Source: an uncultured Candidatus Saccharibacteria bacterium | Lineage (GTDB): Bacteria > Patescibacteriota > Saccharimonadia > Saccharimonadales > JACQNP01 | Reading direction: 5' to 3' | Assembly: GCA_964610775.1 (NCBI GenBank) | Contig: CAZSZC010000004.1 | Coordinates: 1-63,712, forward strand | Length of the DNA stretch: 63,712 nt | In this document: positions 40,421-49,884 of the stretch, one piece after another | Layout: each line of letters opens with the position of its first letter | How positions within the stretch are numbered: position 1 is the stretch's first letter | Position numbers and translations under genes: made by a program | Notes under the pieces: generated by a model | Databases searched by the model: none | The model's input: the letters and a program-made list of their open reading frames with translations, nothing else | What the model was told of the DNA's origin: nothing

Positions 40421-40638
40421 CGAATTGTATTAATGATAAATAGCCTCGTTGCGGTCGGGGCTATTTTTTTGTCGATACTCAACATATTCATAATACAATC
40501 TGTGATCCTCGCATATCAATACCGATTATCGCTCATTTATTAGTCTTCTAATGAGCACACCAGAGCAAGAACAAATAGTTACGGGAACAACTATAGATAT
40601 TATAGAATTACCGACGTATTTTTTGCTATGATGAGCAC

Positions 40639-41040
40639 ATGAAGTCATTCATATCTTTAGATGAGCTGAAACCCGGTGGCCAGTCAGCACTTTACCCGAG
40701 CTGGCTTACTAATATGTATGAGGTCAAAGAGTTCATTGGCCGAGCCGGAAAAATGCAATCCGACCAAATTAGAGTCGGGATTGTGACACTGAAGCACGGT
40801 GCAAATTACCCTAGTCACAGCCACCCAGCACCAGAGATATATATTCAGATAAGTGGCAAAGTTAAGTGGAAAGTTGGAGATGAGACAAGATTAATAAGTA
40901 GCATCACTGCGATTAACATACCCTCCGGTACGTCACACGCCATGCGTAACATGGGTAATATAGAGGCACAATTGATTTACCTTTGGTATGCACCGGACAA
41001 CGACAAAAGCTTACTTGAAGAGGATGCACAACTCGATTAA
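40639..41040 (+). CDS. Cupin protein, DMSP-lyase (DddQ/DddW)-like motif
   Basis: YPSHSHPAPEIY..SG and IPSGTSHAM cupin motifs; TGcTATGAT 6 nt before the ATG. Confidence 0.8.
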   Translation: MKSFISLDELKPGGQSALYPSWLTNMYEVKEFIGRAGKMQSDQIRVGIVTLKHGANYPSHSHPAPEIYIQISGKVKWKVGDETRLISSITAINIPSGTSHAMRNMGNIEAQLIYLWYAPDNDKSLLEEDAQLD

Positions 41041-41129
41041 ACATGTCAAAATAACATATTCTGTATTGTTCACCAAAATGGATTCTCGACGAATGGCTGT
41101 ATTCATTACCAAGCAAGATAAGTTGTAGG

Positions 41130-43028
41130 CTAAAGTTTTATGAGGGTGCGCATTTCGACTGTGTTTTCAACTGGCAACTTAAAGTAATCACTTGGGTTGG
41201 TGGCACTATTGGACATTATACAAAAGAGCGATTTACGCCAGCGTGCCATAGTATGACTTTTGGTTGGCACAACCTTCGCCAGCGATACAAAATATGACGC
41301 AGCGTATGGATCAAAGTCTATCTCTGAACTAAGCTTGCGCAGCGATTCAAGCGTCTTGGGAATATTAATGGAGTCGTGATATCCATAATGGAGAGTTAGA
41401 TGGCTAAGTCCATCCGTGGCATTGCCAAGATCATCAAATACCGCCCTTTCGTCTCGAGACACGTGGGCAATGTTCCTTACTTGCACCGAAACAATTGTCG
41501 CCTTTTCGTGAAGCTCATGTAGTTGCTCAACGGCTGCATGCAGAGCCAATGGGGTTAAGTCACTGTGATGCCCAATATAAACTGCATGACCCGGAACTCG
41601 ACTAATTGGCGGCGACCTACTATCTAGCTCCTCAACGTAAGCCTTTAACGAGCCCTCCTTGGCGCTTCGTTCTTTGTTAATAACTTTGCGTCCCCTAAGC
41701 CAAGTTGTAATTATTATCATAACCCCAATCGCTACTGTTAACGGGAACCAGCCACCGTGAGTTAGTTTTAGAGAACTAGACACAACAAAAACCAAATCAA
41801 TCATCAGGAATATTGGCATAAGTACATACAAATACCATGGCGATTTACGCTGAATACTACGAGCAGTAACTGCGAACAATACTGTTGTCATAGCTATAGT
41901 AATACTAACCGCCAGCCCAAATGCTGCCGCCAATTTTTCTGATCCTCCAAAAATCAACACAAGCAGAACCACGCCCATAAACATCATCAGATTAATGAAC
42001 GGCAAATAGACCTGCCCTGCCCGAGAATCAGAAGTATGCTTTATAAGCATCTTGGGTAAAAAATCTAGGTGTACTGCTTGGCGCGTCAACGAAAACGCAC
42101 CAGAAATCACTGCTTGAGAAGCGATTAGGGTAGCTGCCGTTGCCAACATCACCACAGTAACCTGCAGTGAACTCGGGAAAAGCAAGAGTAGTGGGTTGCT
42201 AATTGTCGATGAGTTGTTCAACAATAGCGCGCCTTGACCCATATAGCACAGAGTTAATGCCGGAAATACAACCACAAACCAGGCTTTTGCAATTGATTTA
42301 CGACCGAAATGCCCCATATCAGCATATAGAGCTTCGGCGCCAGTTATCGCTAGTATCACGGCCCCCATAGCAACAAAGGCTAGAAGAGGCTGGCCAGCAA
42401 CGAAGCGGTATGTGGACATGGGAGATAGAGCATTAATAATGTTCGGGTGCTGCCAAACTTGCCAGGCTCCGCCAGCTCCAATTGTTAAAAACCAAACTAG
42501 CATGATCGGGCCGAAGAAGTTCCCGATAGTCCCCGTCCCATACTTTTGAACAAAGAACAAAAACGCAAGGATTATTAGAGTCACAGGTATGACAAACCTA
42601 GATAGTTCCGGGGCAATTACGTGAACCCCTTCGACAGCCGATAATACCGAAATAGCTGGGGTTATTAGGCTATCGCCATAGAATAAGGCAACGCCAATCA
42701 GCCCTAGAATTATAAAAAAGCTGATCACTTTCTTTGGCAATTTACTATTCTTGATCAGCCCAATAAGCGCGATTATGCCACCCTCGCCTTCGTTGTCGGC
42801 ACGCATAATGAAATATATATACTTAATCGATACGACGAGTGTTATAGACCAAAATATTAGAGATATAATGCCGTAAACATTGGTAGTATTTATGGTCAGA
42901 TGCTGCCCTAATGGGCCAAATATAGCCGGCAAGGCATAGAGCGGACTAGTACCAATATCTCCAAAAACAATACCCAGCGCACCAAGTGCAAGCAATGATG
43001 TAGCTGTTTTTGTTTTATTCACAAGCAT
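41130..43028 (-). CDS. kup: Kup/HAK/KT potassium transporter
   Basis: GDIGTSPLY, ADNEGEGG, GDSLITPAISVLSAVEG, TGAEALYADMGHF, ASQAVISGAFS. Confidence 0.97.
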   Translation of the reverse strand: MLVNKTKTATSLLALGALGIVFGDIGTSPLYALPAIFGPLGQHLTINTTNVYGIISLIFWSITLVVSIKYIYFIMRADNEGEGGIIALIGLIKNSKLPKKVISFFIILGLIGVALFYGDSLITPAISVLSAVEGVHVIAPELSRFVIPVTLIILAFLFFVQKYGTGTIGNFFGPIMLVWFLTIGAGGAWQVWQHPNIINALSPMSTYRFVAGQPLLAFVAMGAVILAITGAEALYADMGHFGRKSIAKAWFVVVFPALTLCYMGQGALLLNNSSTISNPLLLLFPSSLQVTVVMLATAATLIASQAVISGAFSLTRQAVHLDFLPKMLIKHTSDSRAGQVYLPFINLMMFMGVVLLVLIFGGSEKLAAAFGLAVSITIAMTTVLFAVTARSIQRKSPWYLYVLMPIFLMIDLVFVVSSSLKLTHGGWFPLTVAIGVMIIITTWLRGRKVINKERSAKEGSLKAYVEELDSRSPPISRVPGHAVYIGHHSDLTPLALHAAVEQLHELHEKATIVSVQVRNIAHVSRDERAVFDDLGNATDGLSHLTLHYGYHDSINIPKTLESLRKLSSEIDFDPYAASYFVSLAKVVPTKSHTMARWRKSLFCIMSNSATNPSDYFKLPVENTVEMRTLIKL

Positions 43029-43141
43029 TATTATAACTGATCCACTCTCAAGCCTATCAAATACTAGCTTTGACCAATGTACGCTAATTGACTTTTTGTC
43101 TACTTTCTGCTACTATTAATATGTCAGTTAAAAAAACAAAA

Positions 43142-44080
43142 ATGCCAGAAACAGCACCACATCCAACTATAGAACAAATAGATGACCCAATGGCTCGTAT
43201 GACGGAGGCCGATAAAGCTTGGGTAGAACAAGTTGGAGCAAAGCTAGGCGAGCAACTCCTTGGCGGGACAATACAATTAGAACTACCCTATCCGGAAACA
43301 CCCAACATAGGTGATGCCAAACCCAGCAACACTAGCCTAGACACTACAAATGTAGCAACAACTAATATGTTTATGGACGCTGTTGATGTAGGTAAGCAAA
43401 CGGAAGCCGCCTCAAGGGAAACAATAGAATCCCAACAAAATGAAGCTTGGGATAACCACACTGGTGCAAATGCAAAGCAACAACTAGATGAAGCTGAAGA
43501 AAGAAGTAAACAAGCAGATGCCGAGATGGAGGCAACTATTGAAGAATCTATGACAGATAAGCTTACAGGACTTAAAAACCGCGAGGCATTAGAGTTAGTA
43601 ATTAGCAAAGTTGGTATCGAGGGAATAAGTGGCCTAGCGCTAGTAGATTTGAACGATTTTAAAGGTGCAAATGACAACTTCGGACACCGTGCCGGTGATC
43701 AAGTACTTCAAAGATTCGCAGCCTTAGCTCAAAAGCGATTGAGCGGTGACGAAAACATGCCAGGAAGTGAACTAGGTGAGATTTTCCGTACAGGTGGCGA
43801 CGAATTCGCAATTGCCTTTTATGGTGGTAGGAAATTAGAAGACATACAGCAAGCCATTACCGACATAGAGGCTGAAACGTCCGCTATAACTTTTGGGCCA
43901 GAAGACAACCCACTTCCGGAAGCTAAACGAACTACCTGGACGGCTGGTTCAAGTATTGGGTTTGCTCCAAGCAATGAGTTTTCTGATCTTAGCACTGGTC
44001 TCTCACTAGCCGATCAAGACATGTTTGCAAGAAAAGAAGCCAACCGCCCGGAAGGTTACGTCGGCCGAGCCGCTGCCTAG
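43142..44080 (+). CDS. Diguanylate cyclase (GGDEF) with an acidic coiled-coil N-terminus
   Basis: DKLTGLKNR, DLNDFKGANDNFGHRAGD, RTGGDEF, SIG, AD..MF. Confidence 0.92.
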   Translation: MPETAPHPTIEQIDDPMARMTEADKAWVEQVGAKLGEQLLGGTIQLELPYPETPNIGDAKPSNTSLDTTNVATTNMFMDAVDVGKQTEAASRETIESQQNEAWDNHTGANAKQQLDEAEERSKQADAEMEATIEESMTDKLTGLKNREALELVISKVGIEGISGLALVDLNDFKGANDNFGHRAGDQVLQRFAALAQKRLSGDENMPGSELGEIFRTGGDEFAIAFYGGRKLEDIQQAITDIEAETSAITFGPEDNPLPEAKRTTWTAGSSIGFAPSNEFSDLSTGLSLADQDMFARKEANRPEGYVGRAAA

Positions 44081-45138
44081 TTTTTTATATACACTCGGGC
44101 GTTTTGCTTGTCTTTTAGATCATTTACGTAATCTTGGATATCTTTAAATCTAAACACAATCTGAGCACCACGAATTTTATCGCCGTTTGTTTCGATATTT
44201 TTCACAATGACCAGTTCATAACCAGTGTTTATAACATCTGAATGCTGAGTTGGCTTTAGTTTGAATAATGCTTCGGCCGCCTTGGCATTAACATCTTTGC
44301 TCGATCGATCGATTGCGAAGCCGAATTCACCACCATTTAGTTTGGTATTCTCCTCGTCTGAGTATTTTTTGGCCAATTCACCAAAATCGGCACCCGCATT
44401 TAGCTCTGCTAAAGCGTTTTTTGCCCTCTCTTGCGTCTTAGTGTCTAGTGTTGCTACAACTTTTTGAGTTAACATCTCCTGCTTCAAGCTGCGTTTGAAA
44501 TCATCAATTGTCCAGCCCCAGAAATCTTTTAGTACATCTTCAAACACTTTGTCACTGTTACCTAATCTGTTTTGATTGCGAACTACCTGAATCTGATCTT
44601 GAACCTCACTATCACTCATGGATATATTGTTCTGTTTAGCCAATTTCTTCACATATGCATCATTAACAACCTTGTCCAAGGCTTGTTTCTTGAACTGAAT
44701 AAGCTGCTCTTGATTCTTGGGGTCTTTAAAGTCTAGCTTCCCTTGAGTCTGGTAGTAATGGATATAACGCTGCAACTCAAACAGATAATTTTCGTAGGCA
44801 ATAAAATCGTTACCTATACGACCAACCGGAAATGGCACAACTTGAGTAACCTTATAGAGGAATGTCGACGACTCCTTGAGGCGATACAAAGAAATAGTAC
44901 AGTAAGTAAAGAATGCTATAAGCGTAGCTATCAGTAGGCTTATGGATATGATTACGATTCGGTGTTTAGAGTGTTGTAATGGATAGATAAACTTACGCGC
45001 ACTTCCGAGAACGTCTTCACGATGCTCAGCAACGGTCTCGTTGGTTATTCGAGGCACTTTCTCGGCACCAGTTAAAGTCGGTGCTTGTTTTTTTCGACGC
45101 ATTTTATGCAGTAGCTTCGGCTTCTTCATCTTCCTCAC
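44077..45138 (-). CDS. SurA/PrsA-like peptidyl-prolyl isomerase (foldase)
   Basis: TM anchor, SurA_N-like helices, parvulin motifs DFGELAKKYS and NGGEFG. Confidence 0.85.
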   Translation of the reverse strand: MRKMKKPKLLHKMRRKKQAPTLTGAEKVPRITNETVAEHREDVLGSARKFIYPLQHSKHRIVIISISLLIATLIAFFTYCTISLYRLKESSTFLYKVTQVVPFPVGRIGNDFIAYENYLFELQRYIHYYQTQGKLDFKDPKNQEQLIQFKKQALDKVVNDAYVKKLAKQNNISMSDSEVQDQIQVVRNQNRLGNSDKVFEDVLKDFWGWTIDDFKRSLKQEMLTQKVVATLDTKTQERAKNALAELNAGADFGELAKKYSDEENTKLNGGEFGFAIDRSSKDVNAKAAEALFKLKPTQHSDVINTGYELVIVKNIETNGDKIRGAQIVFRFKDIQDYVNDLKDKQNARVYIKN

Positions 45139-45679
45139 TTAAATTATCCTTATCGCCATCTTTATCCTTAGCTGGGAAATTGTTGGCAATAATTCCCTGA
45201 TCACGCAGAATATGTATCATTTTCTTCTGAATTTTAGCTGGATGATGTACGTCATGAATTACTAAATCACCCAGATAAGTCTGCATCATTATTGTACCAA
45301 ATCCTAGTAATGTTTCCTGCAGACCGGATATTTCGTAGTTAACCATCTGAACTTGATTGAGGCCTATGTCGACCACACTACGATGAAATAGACCCTTTTG
45401 TGTAATCTGGATGAAACGCTGGTCGGTGACTATATATATACTGTAATACCAAGCAAGCCAAGACGGAAAGAATAGTAAAAGCCCGAGTATACATCCTGCG
45501 GCCAAACCACCAAAGAACCAACTAAAGCCTAGATCGGGCTTAATCGCGGCTGGTAGCACCCCTATTAGGGGACCAAGTGCACCCAATACTAAACCTTTAC
45601 GCATTACCACAGGATGCTTACGAAAAACATAAAGCACCTCTTCGTCGTCAAACTGGTCTGCAAAGTACTTTACTGGCAT
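45104..45679 (-). CDS. Membrane protein with a bacterial PH domain
   Basis: RKHP, two TM helices, IVTDQRFI, FGTIMMQT. Confidence 0.8.
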   Translation of the reverse strand: MPVKYFADQFDDEEVLYVFRKHPVVMRKGLVLGALGPLIGVLPAAIKPDLGFSWFFGGLAAGCILGLLLFFPSWLAWYYSIYIVTDQRFIQITQKGLFHRSVVDIGLNQVQMVNYEISGLQETLLGFGTIMMQTYLGDLVIHDVHHPAKIQKKMIHILRDQGIIANNFPAKDKDGDKDNLSEEDEEAEATA

Positions 45680-45752
45680 AAGCTCTATTTTACAGTATCA
45701 GCTTGATATAATGTTGCGTGGAATATGCTTTATATTTTAAAAAGGTTTTTGC

Positions 45753-45953
45753 ATGGACGGATTTAGACTCGAATTAACCCTGAGGCACTATTTATTGTTT
45801 GCAGTCGTTCTATTTCTTCTTGTCTTTATAGGTTGGGTAATTGCATGGGTTATAAATAAACGTACCGGATTTTCGTTCCCAATTTCAGCAGCAATTGGAG
45901 CAGTAATAGTAACAATAGTATTAATGTTCTTTTTGATAGTAACTCCTAGATAA
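45753..45953 (+). CDS. Small membrane protein, 66 aa
   Basis: Two TM helices; AAGG SD-like sequence. Confidence 0.6.
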   Translation: MDGFRLELTLRHYLLFAVVLFLLVFIGWVIAWVINKRTGFSFPISAAIGAVIVTIVLMFFLIVTPR

Positions 45954-45999
45954 TCTACCAATGGTTTAATATAAAATAAAGGTATACAATTTTACATAC

Positions 46000-46074
46000 G
46001 TCCCCATAGTTCAATGGATAGAATACCTCCGTCCTAAGGAGTAGATAGCGGTTCGAGTCCGTTTGGGGATACCA
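46000..46074 (+). tRNA. tRNA-Arg(CCT)
   Basis: Acceptor GTCCCCA/TGGGGAT, anticodon loop GTCCTAA, T-loop TTCGAGT, CCA. Confidence 0.93.
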
Positions 46075-46076
46075 GA

Positions 46077-46592
46077 TTACTTCTTTTTGCGTTTTTCGGC
46101 TTGTGTATAGACTTCGTGAACGGTTTTATACTCAAATAATTCAGCCTCACTAAACCAGTGAGCTATTTCTTTTTTGGCTTCTTTTGGATCACCAGATGCA
46201 TGAATAAGATTCGGAATACTAACCCCAATGCCGTTGGCATACTCAAAGCTTATATGCGCATAATCACCCCTTATTGTTCCGGGTAATGCTGACTTGGGTT
46301 CAGTTGTGCCAACCATCTTGCGCACCAGTGAAACAGCTTCGATTCCCTCTAATACCACTGCAATTACTGGTCCATCCTGCATGAATTCCAGTGTCACATC
46401 GAATGCCTCCTGGCCTCGTCGAGAGATCATCTCACCAATTTTTTCGTAATGATGATAATAGTGATCATAATCTGGCTGCATCATCTTTGTTCCGACAATT
46501 TTTAAACCCGCTTTTTCAAAACGAGATAATATTTCGCCTACGATACCGCGCTTCAATGCATCGGGTTTTAGTACAATAAGTGTTCGTTCCAT
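46077..46592 (-). CDS. ndk: Nucleoside-diphosphate kinase
   Basis: ERTLIVLKPDA, GPVIAVVLEG, PGTIRGDY, NLIHASG. Confidence 0.96.
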   Translation of the reverse strand: MERTLIVLKPDALKRGIVGEILSRFEKAGLKIVGTKMMQPDYDHYYHHYEKIGEMISRRGQEAFDVTLEFMQDGPVIAVVLEGIEAVSLVRKMVGTTEPKSALPGTIRGDYAHISFEYANGIGVSIPNLIHASGDPKEAKKEIAHWFSEAELFEYKTVHEVYTQAEKRKKK

Positions 46593-46687
46593 TTGTATCC
46601 TTATGTTATACACCTATTTTAACAGAGATGGAGTTGATATAAAAGAAACACTAACGCGTCGCACAATATTCACGATACAATAAACGT

Positions 46688-47599
46688 ATGCAATTTCAAA
46701 AAGCCAAGGTCGATTTTCTAGAATACTTAGAAATTGAACAGAACCGATCGCAAAAAACCATAGCTAATTATGACCATTATCTTACGAGACTTAGTGATTT
46801 TGCGGGTGATATTAAAGTTTCGGATATAGATCCAGAGCTTATTCGTAAATGGCGACTATGGCTGAATAGACTAGGTACTAACACTAGTGATGAACTGCAA
46901 AAAACAACTCAAAATTATCATCTAATCGCACTCAGAAGTTTTCTGAAATTTTGTGCCAAGCGCAGCATACCGGCCCTGTCTGCCGACAAGATAGAACTGG
47001 CTAGAACCACCAGAAAGCAAGTTACCTTCCTAAATCCCGATGAGTTACAGAGAATGTTTGATCAACCAGACATATCCACCCTCAGTGGCCTAAGAGATCG
47101 AGCGATATTGGAACTGCTTTTTAGTAGTGGGTTGCGTGTTTCAGAACTAGTCGGGCTTGATAGAGATCACATCAATGTCAAACGGCGTGAATTTATGGTT
47201 CGGGGTAAGGGTCAAAAGGATCGCCCGATATTCATAAGCCAAGAAGCGGCTGATTGGGTAACAAAATACCTAGATAAGCGCACCGATACCACCAAACCAC
47301 TATTTATTCGCTACAGTGGACGCAAAACAGTTGATTTGAGTGGTAATTTTCACCGCCTAACCGCGCGTAGCGTACAAAGAATGGTTGCACGCTATGCACT
47401 ACTAGCCGGCATCACTAAACACGTCAGCCCTCACACACTCCGACATTCATTTGCAACTGATTTACTTATGAACGGCGCAGATCTACGCTCAGTCCAAGCT
47501 ATGCTTGGCCACAGCAATATATCAACTACCCAAATATATACTCACGTAACAGATCCACACCTCAAATCGGTTCACGAAAAATTTCACCGCAAAACTTAA
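46688..47599 (+). CDS. Tyrosine recombinase, XerC/D family
   Basis: RDRAILELLFSSGLRVSEL, GKGQK, HTLRHSFAT, LGH, TQIYTH: full catalytic set. Confidence 0.95.
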   Translation: MQFQKAKVDFLEYLEIEQNRSQKTIANYDHYLTRLSDFAGDIKVSDIDPELIRKWRLWLNRLGTNTSDELQKTTQNYHLIALRSFLKFCAKRSIPALSADKIELARTTRKQVTFLNPDELQRMFDQPDISTLSGLRDRAILELLFSSGLRVSELVGLDRDHINVKRREFMVRGKGQKDRPIFISQEAADWVTKYLDKRTDTTKPLFIRYSGRKTVDLSGNFHRLTARSVQRMVARYALLAGITKHVSPHTLRHSFATDLLMNGADLRSVQAMLGHSNISTTQIYTHVTDPHLKSVHEKFHRKT

Positions 47600-47608
47600 A
47601 AACAACCT

Positions 47609-48652
47609 CTACCAATTAGCAGGATCGCAGGTAGCAACCTCGTTAGAGTCAGCACCCGCTGGATTGTTTATTTGTACATCCGATTCCACGCCTGTGTCTG
47701 ATACAAACAACCTCTTACATAGGGAATTGGTTGTTTCGGTAGCATAATTTATATCAGAAATATTATCGGTAAGTGGTACATGTACCACTAATCTTCTTAG
47801 CACATCGCTTGTGCGCCCTGTACTATCTATTTCGCGCTGGGCACCAACAAATTTAACCAAATTATTACTTGCATCCTTGCCCATGATATTGATTTTGGCA
47901 GCTTTATATACCGGCCTAAGTCTTAGGTAAAATTTATCGGTTGGAGCTATGTTTAAATTTGATATCTTGGATGTGCATTTGTATGTACCACCGCCAGCGG
48001 CATCACAATGACCATCAACAAAATTGCCCTTTGTTGTGTAATTATCCGGTAATGGTACAGAATATGTGTCACTACAAGAAGTATCAGAGCTAGGATATAG
48101 CAGCAAGGTTTGCATCTTATCAATAATAGTAGCTCGACCGCCCGAGCTTGGCATTAACATAACTCTTAGAAGTGGATGGTTATTGCCCCAGTCCGATGCA
48201 GTCAATATATTATGCCCGCAACTTGCATTATTTATAGGTACCCCTCCTGTAACGCCTTCCCAACTTATAATTAGTTCCGTTAATGGGTTAGGACCGGCTG
48301 GCTGAATTGGCACAACTATAGATTTACCGTCATTAACACTTGAATAATCTAGTCTCTCTAACTGATCATTTACCAGCACACAGCTTGCACTAACGCTAGG
48401 GTCGCTCCCTAAAGGCACAGGATTAGTGCAGCCACCCGAACCGCCGTGTATAACATCATTAATTCCCGATTCGGCAGCATAGAAGGCCTGAGTATTAAGT
48501 TGCTGGTCTAGGGCCTGTCTTTGTTCTCTATTGGCTAGATTTGCAAAACCCAACGCAATTAGTGTAAGAAGAGACATTATTACTAACGTAGCAACGATCG
48601 ATATTAATCCACTTTCGTTATTAAGTTTTTTAAGCTTTAGCATGTTTTTCAT
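47609..48652 (-). CDS. PilX/K-like minor pilin
   Basis: ESG|LISIV cleavage site without E5; QAFYAAESG. Confidence 0.85.
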   Translation of the reverse strand: MKNMLKLKKLNNESGLISIVATLVIMSLLTLIALGFANLANREQRQALDQQLNTQAFYAAESGINDVIHGGSGGCTNPVPLGSDPSVSASCVLVNDQLERLDYSSVNDGKSIVVPIQPAGPNPLTELIISWEGVTGGVPINNASCGHNILTASDWGNNHPLLRVMLMPSSGGRATIIDKMQTLLLYPSSDTSCSDTYSVPLPDNYTTKGNFVDGHCDAAGGGTYKCTSKISNLNIAPTDKFYLRLRPVYKAAKINIMGKDASNNLVKFVGAQREIDSTGRTSDVLRRLVVHVPLTDNISDINYATETTNSLCKRLFVSDTGVESDVQINNPAGADSNEVATCDPANW

Positions 48653-48656
48653 TGTA

Positions 48657-49349
48657 TCACTGGACCTTTGATGTTCTCTTCATTACTTGGGTTGTTAGAT
48701 ATGAGCTAGCACACCACTGCGATCCCACTACCCCGCCCAAGCAGCCTACTGCTTCATCTGGAGATGTTTCCTCTACTAAATCATTGTCACCGTATATAAC
48801 ACCAATTTTTATTCCAATAGCTCCATTGGACGATAGAGCTACATCAAAATCTCTAAGCCTCATATTGGCCCCTAGCAATTCCCTGCCAGAACCTGACACA
48901 CCACCAGACAAGGAAGGATCGTCATTAGTTAAATCAGCAGCCGGACAGCTGGAGTCATTAGTAGAATCTTGCCATAACGCATGACGAATTTGCCTCTGGC
49001 CCTTATCAATTGAAACTCCATCGGTAACACGAAGATTTTTTACAAAACTAAATCTAGTATTACCTATGCACCTACTCTGAACAACAACAAATGTGTTAGG
49101 AGTAGCCGGATTACCAAATGAAGCACTACCACTTTTGGGCGTACCTGCATCTAGCTGTGCAGATTGACTAACTGATGCCAATGCGTTTCGCGCAGTTTCT
49201 TGAGTATTGATTGTATTTATACCCTTGTAGTACATCTTTCCAATTTGCAAAATTGTCAGCCCGGCTACGAGTACCATCGCCGAAAACGCGGCCATAGAAA
49301 TAAGAAGTTCGATTATGGTGTAGCCATTTTGATTAATCTTAATTCGCAT
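48657..49349 (-). CDS. PilW-like minor pilin
   Basis: NG|YTIIELL prepilin motif. Confidence 0.88.
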   Translation of the reverse strand: MRIKINQNGYTIIELLISMAAFSAMVLVAGLTILQIGKMYYKGINTINTQETARNALASVSQSAQLDAGTPKSGSASFGNPATPNTFVVVQSRCIGNTRFSFVKNLRVTDGVSIDKGQRQIRHALWQDSTNDSSCPAADLTNDDPSLSGGVSGSGRELLGANMRLRDFDVALSSNGAIGIKIGVIYGDNDLVEETSPDEAVGCLGGVVGSQWCASSYLTTQVMKRTSKVQ

Positions 49350-49884
49350 ATAATTTATACTCTACTTTTACTTCTTGTCTCTCACCTCCACCCAATCGGT
49401 CCCAACGAATGCGTACAATAAAAACACCACCAGTTGCATTACCCGGAGGTGTGATTGATACGTTATACAAACCACTAGTACCACCAGATGGGTCAACATC
49501 CCTACACCCGGGAGGATAAGAACTGAATTTATCCAGACTAACGTCGACATTCCAGTCATTTGACGGTGTTGCGAATGGGTTATTTTTGTCTACTGGAAGT
49601 GGTGAATTTGGTGAATTTTTATCAAAACAAAACTGTGGTGTAGTGATAGTCCTTGCTGCATAATCTGCAAAATTACTATTATTGCTAGTTTTTAAAGCCT
49701 TTAGTTGCTCTAATTGACCCTCAGCCAATTTTAGAGCCTCAACTCTTTCTTGGGCATTACGAATACTCTGTTGGGCTCTCACGGCTATTTTATAAGTAAC
49801 CCCCATTACTGAACCAAGAATAACCAAACAAACCAAAACCTCTATTATAGTGTCGCCTCTTTGATCATAATTTCTTATGAACAT
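49339..49884 (-). CDS. PilV-like minor pilin
   Basis: RG|DTIIEVL; ALKLAEGQLE. Confidence 0.88.
   Translation of the reverse strand: MFIRNYDQRGDTIIEVLVCLVILGSVMGVTYKIAVRAQQSIRNAQERVEALKLAEGQLEQLKALKTSNNSNFADYAARTITTPQFCFDKNSPNSPLPVDKNNPFATPSNDWNVDVSLDKFSSYPPGCRDVDPSGGTSGLYNVSITPPGNATGGVFIVRIRWDRLGGGERQEVKVEYKLYAN

Noticed and set aside
38519-44080. Prophage or ICE at tRNA-Asp
   Set aside because: No integrase, capsid, terminase, relaxase or replication gene between or after the repeats.
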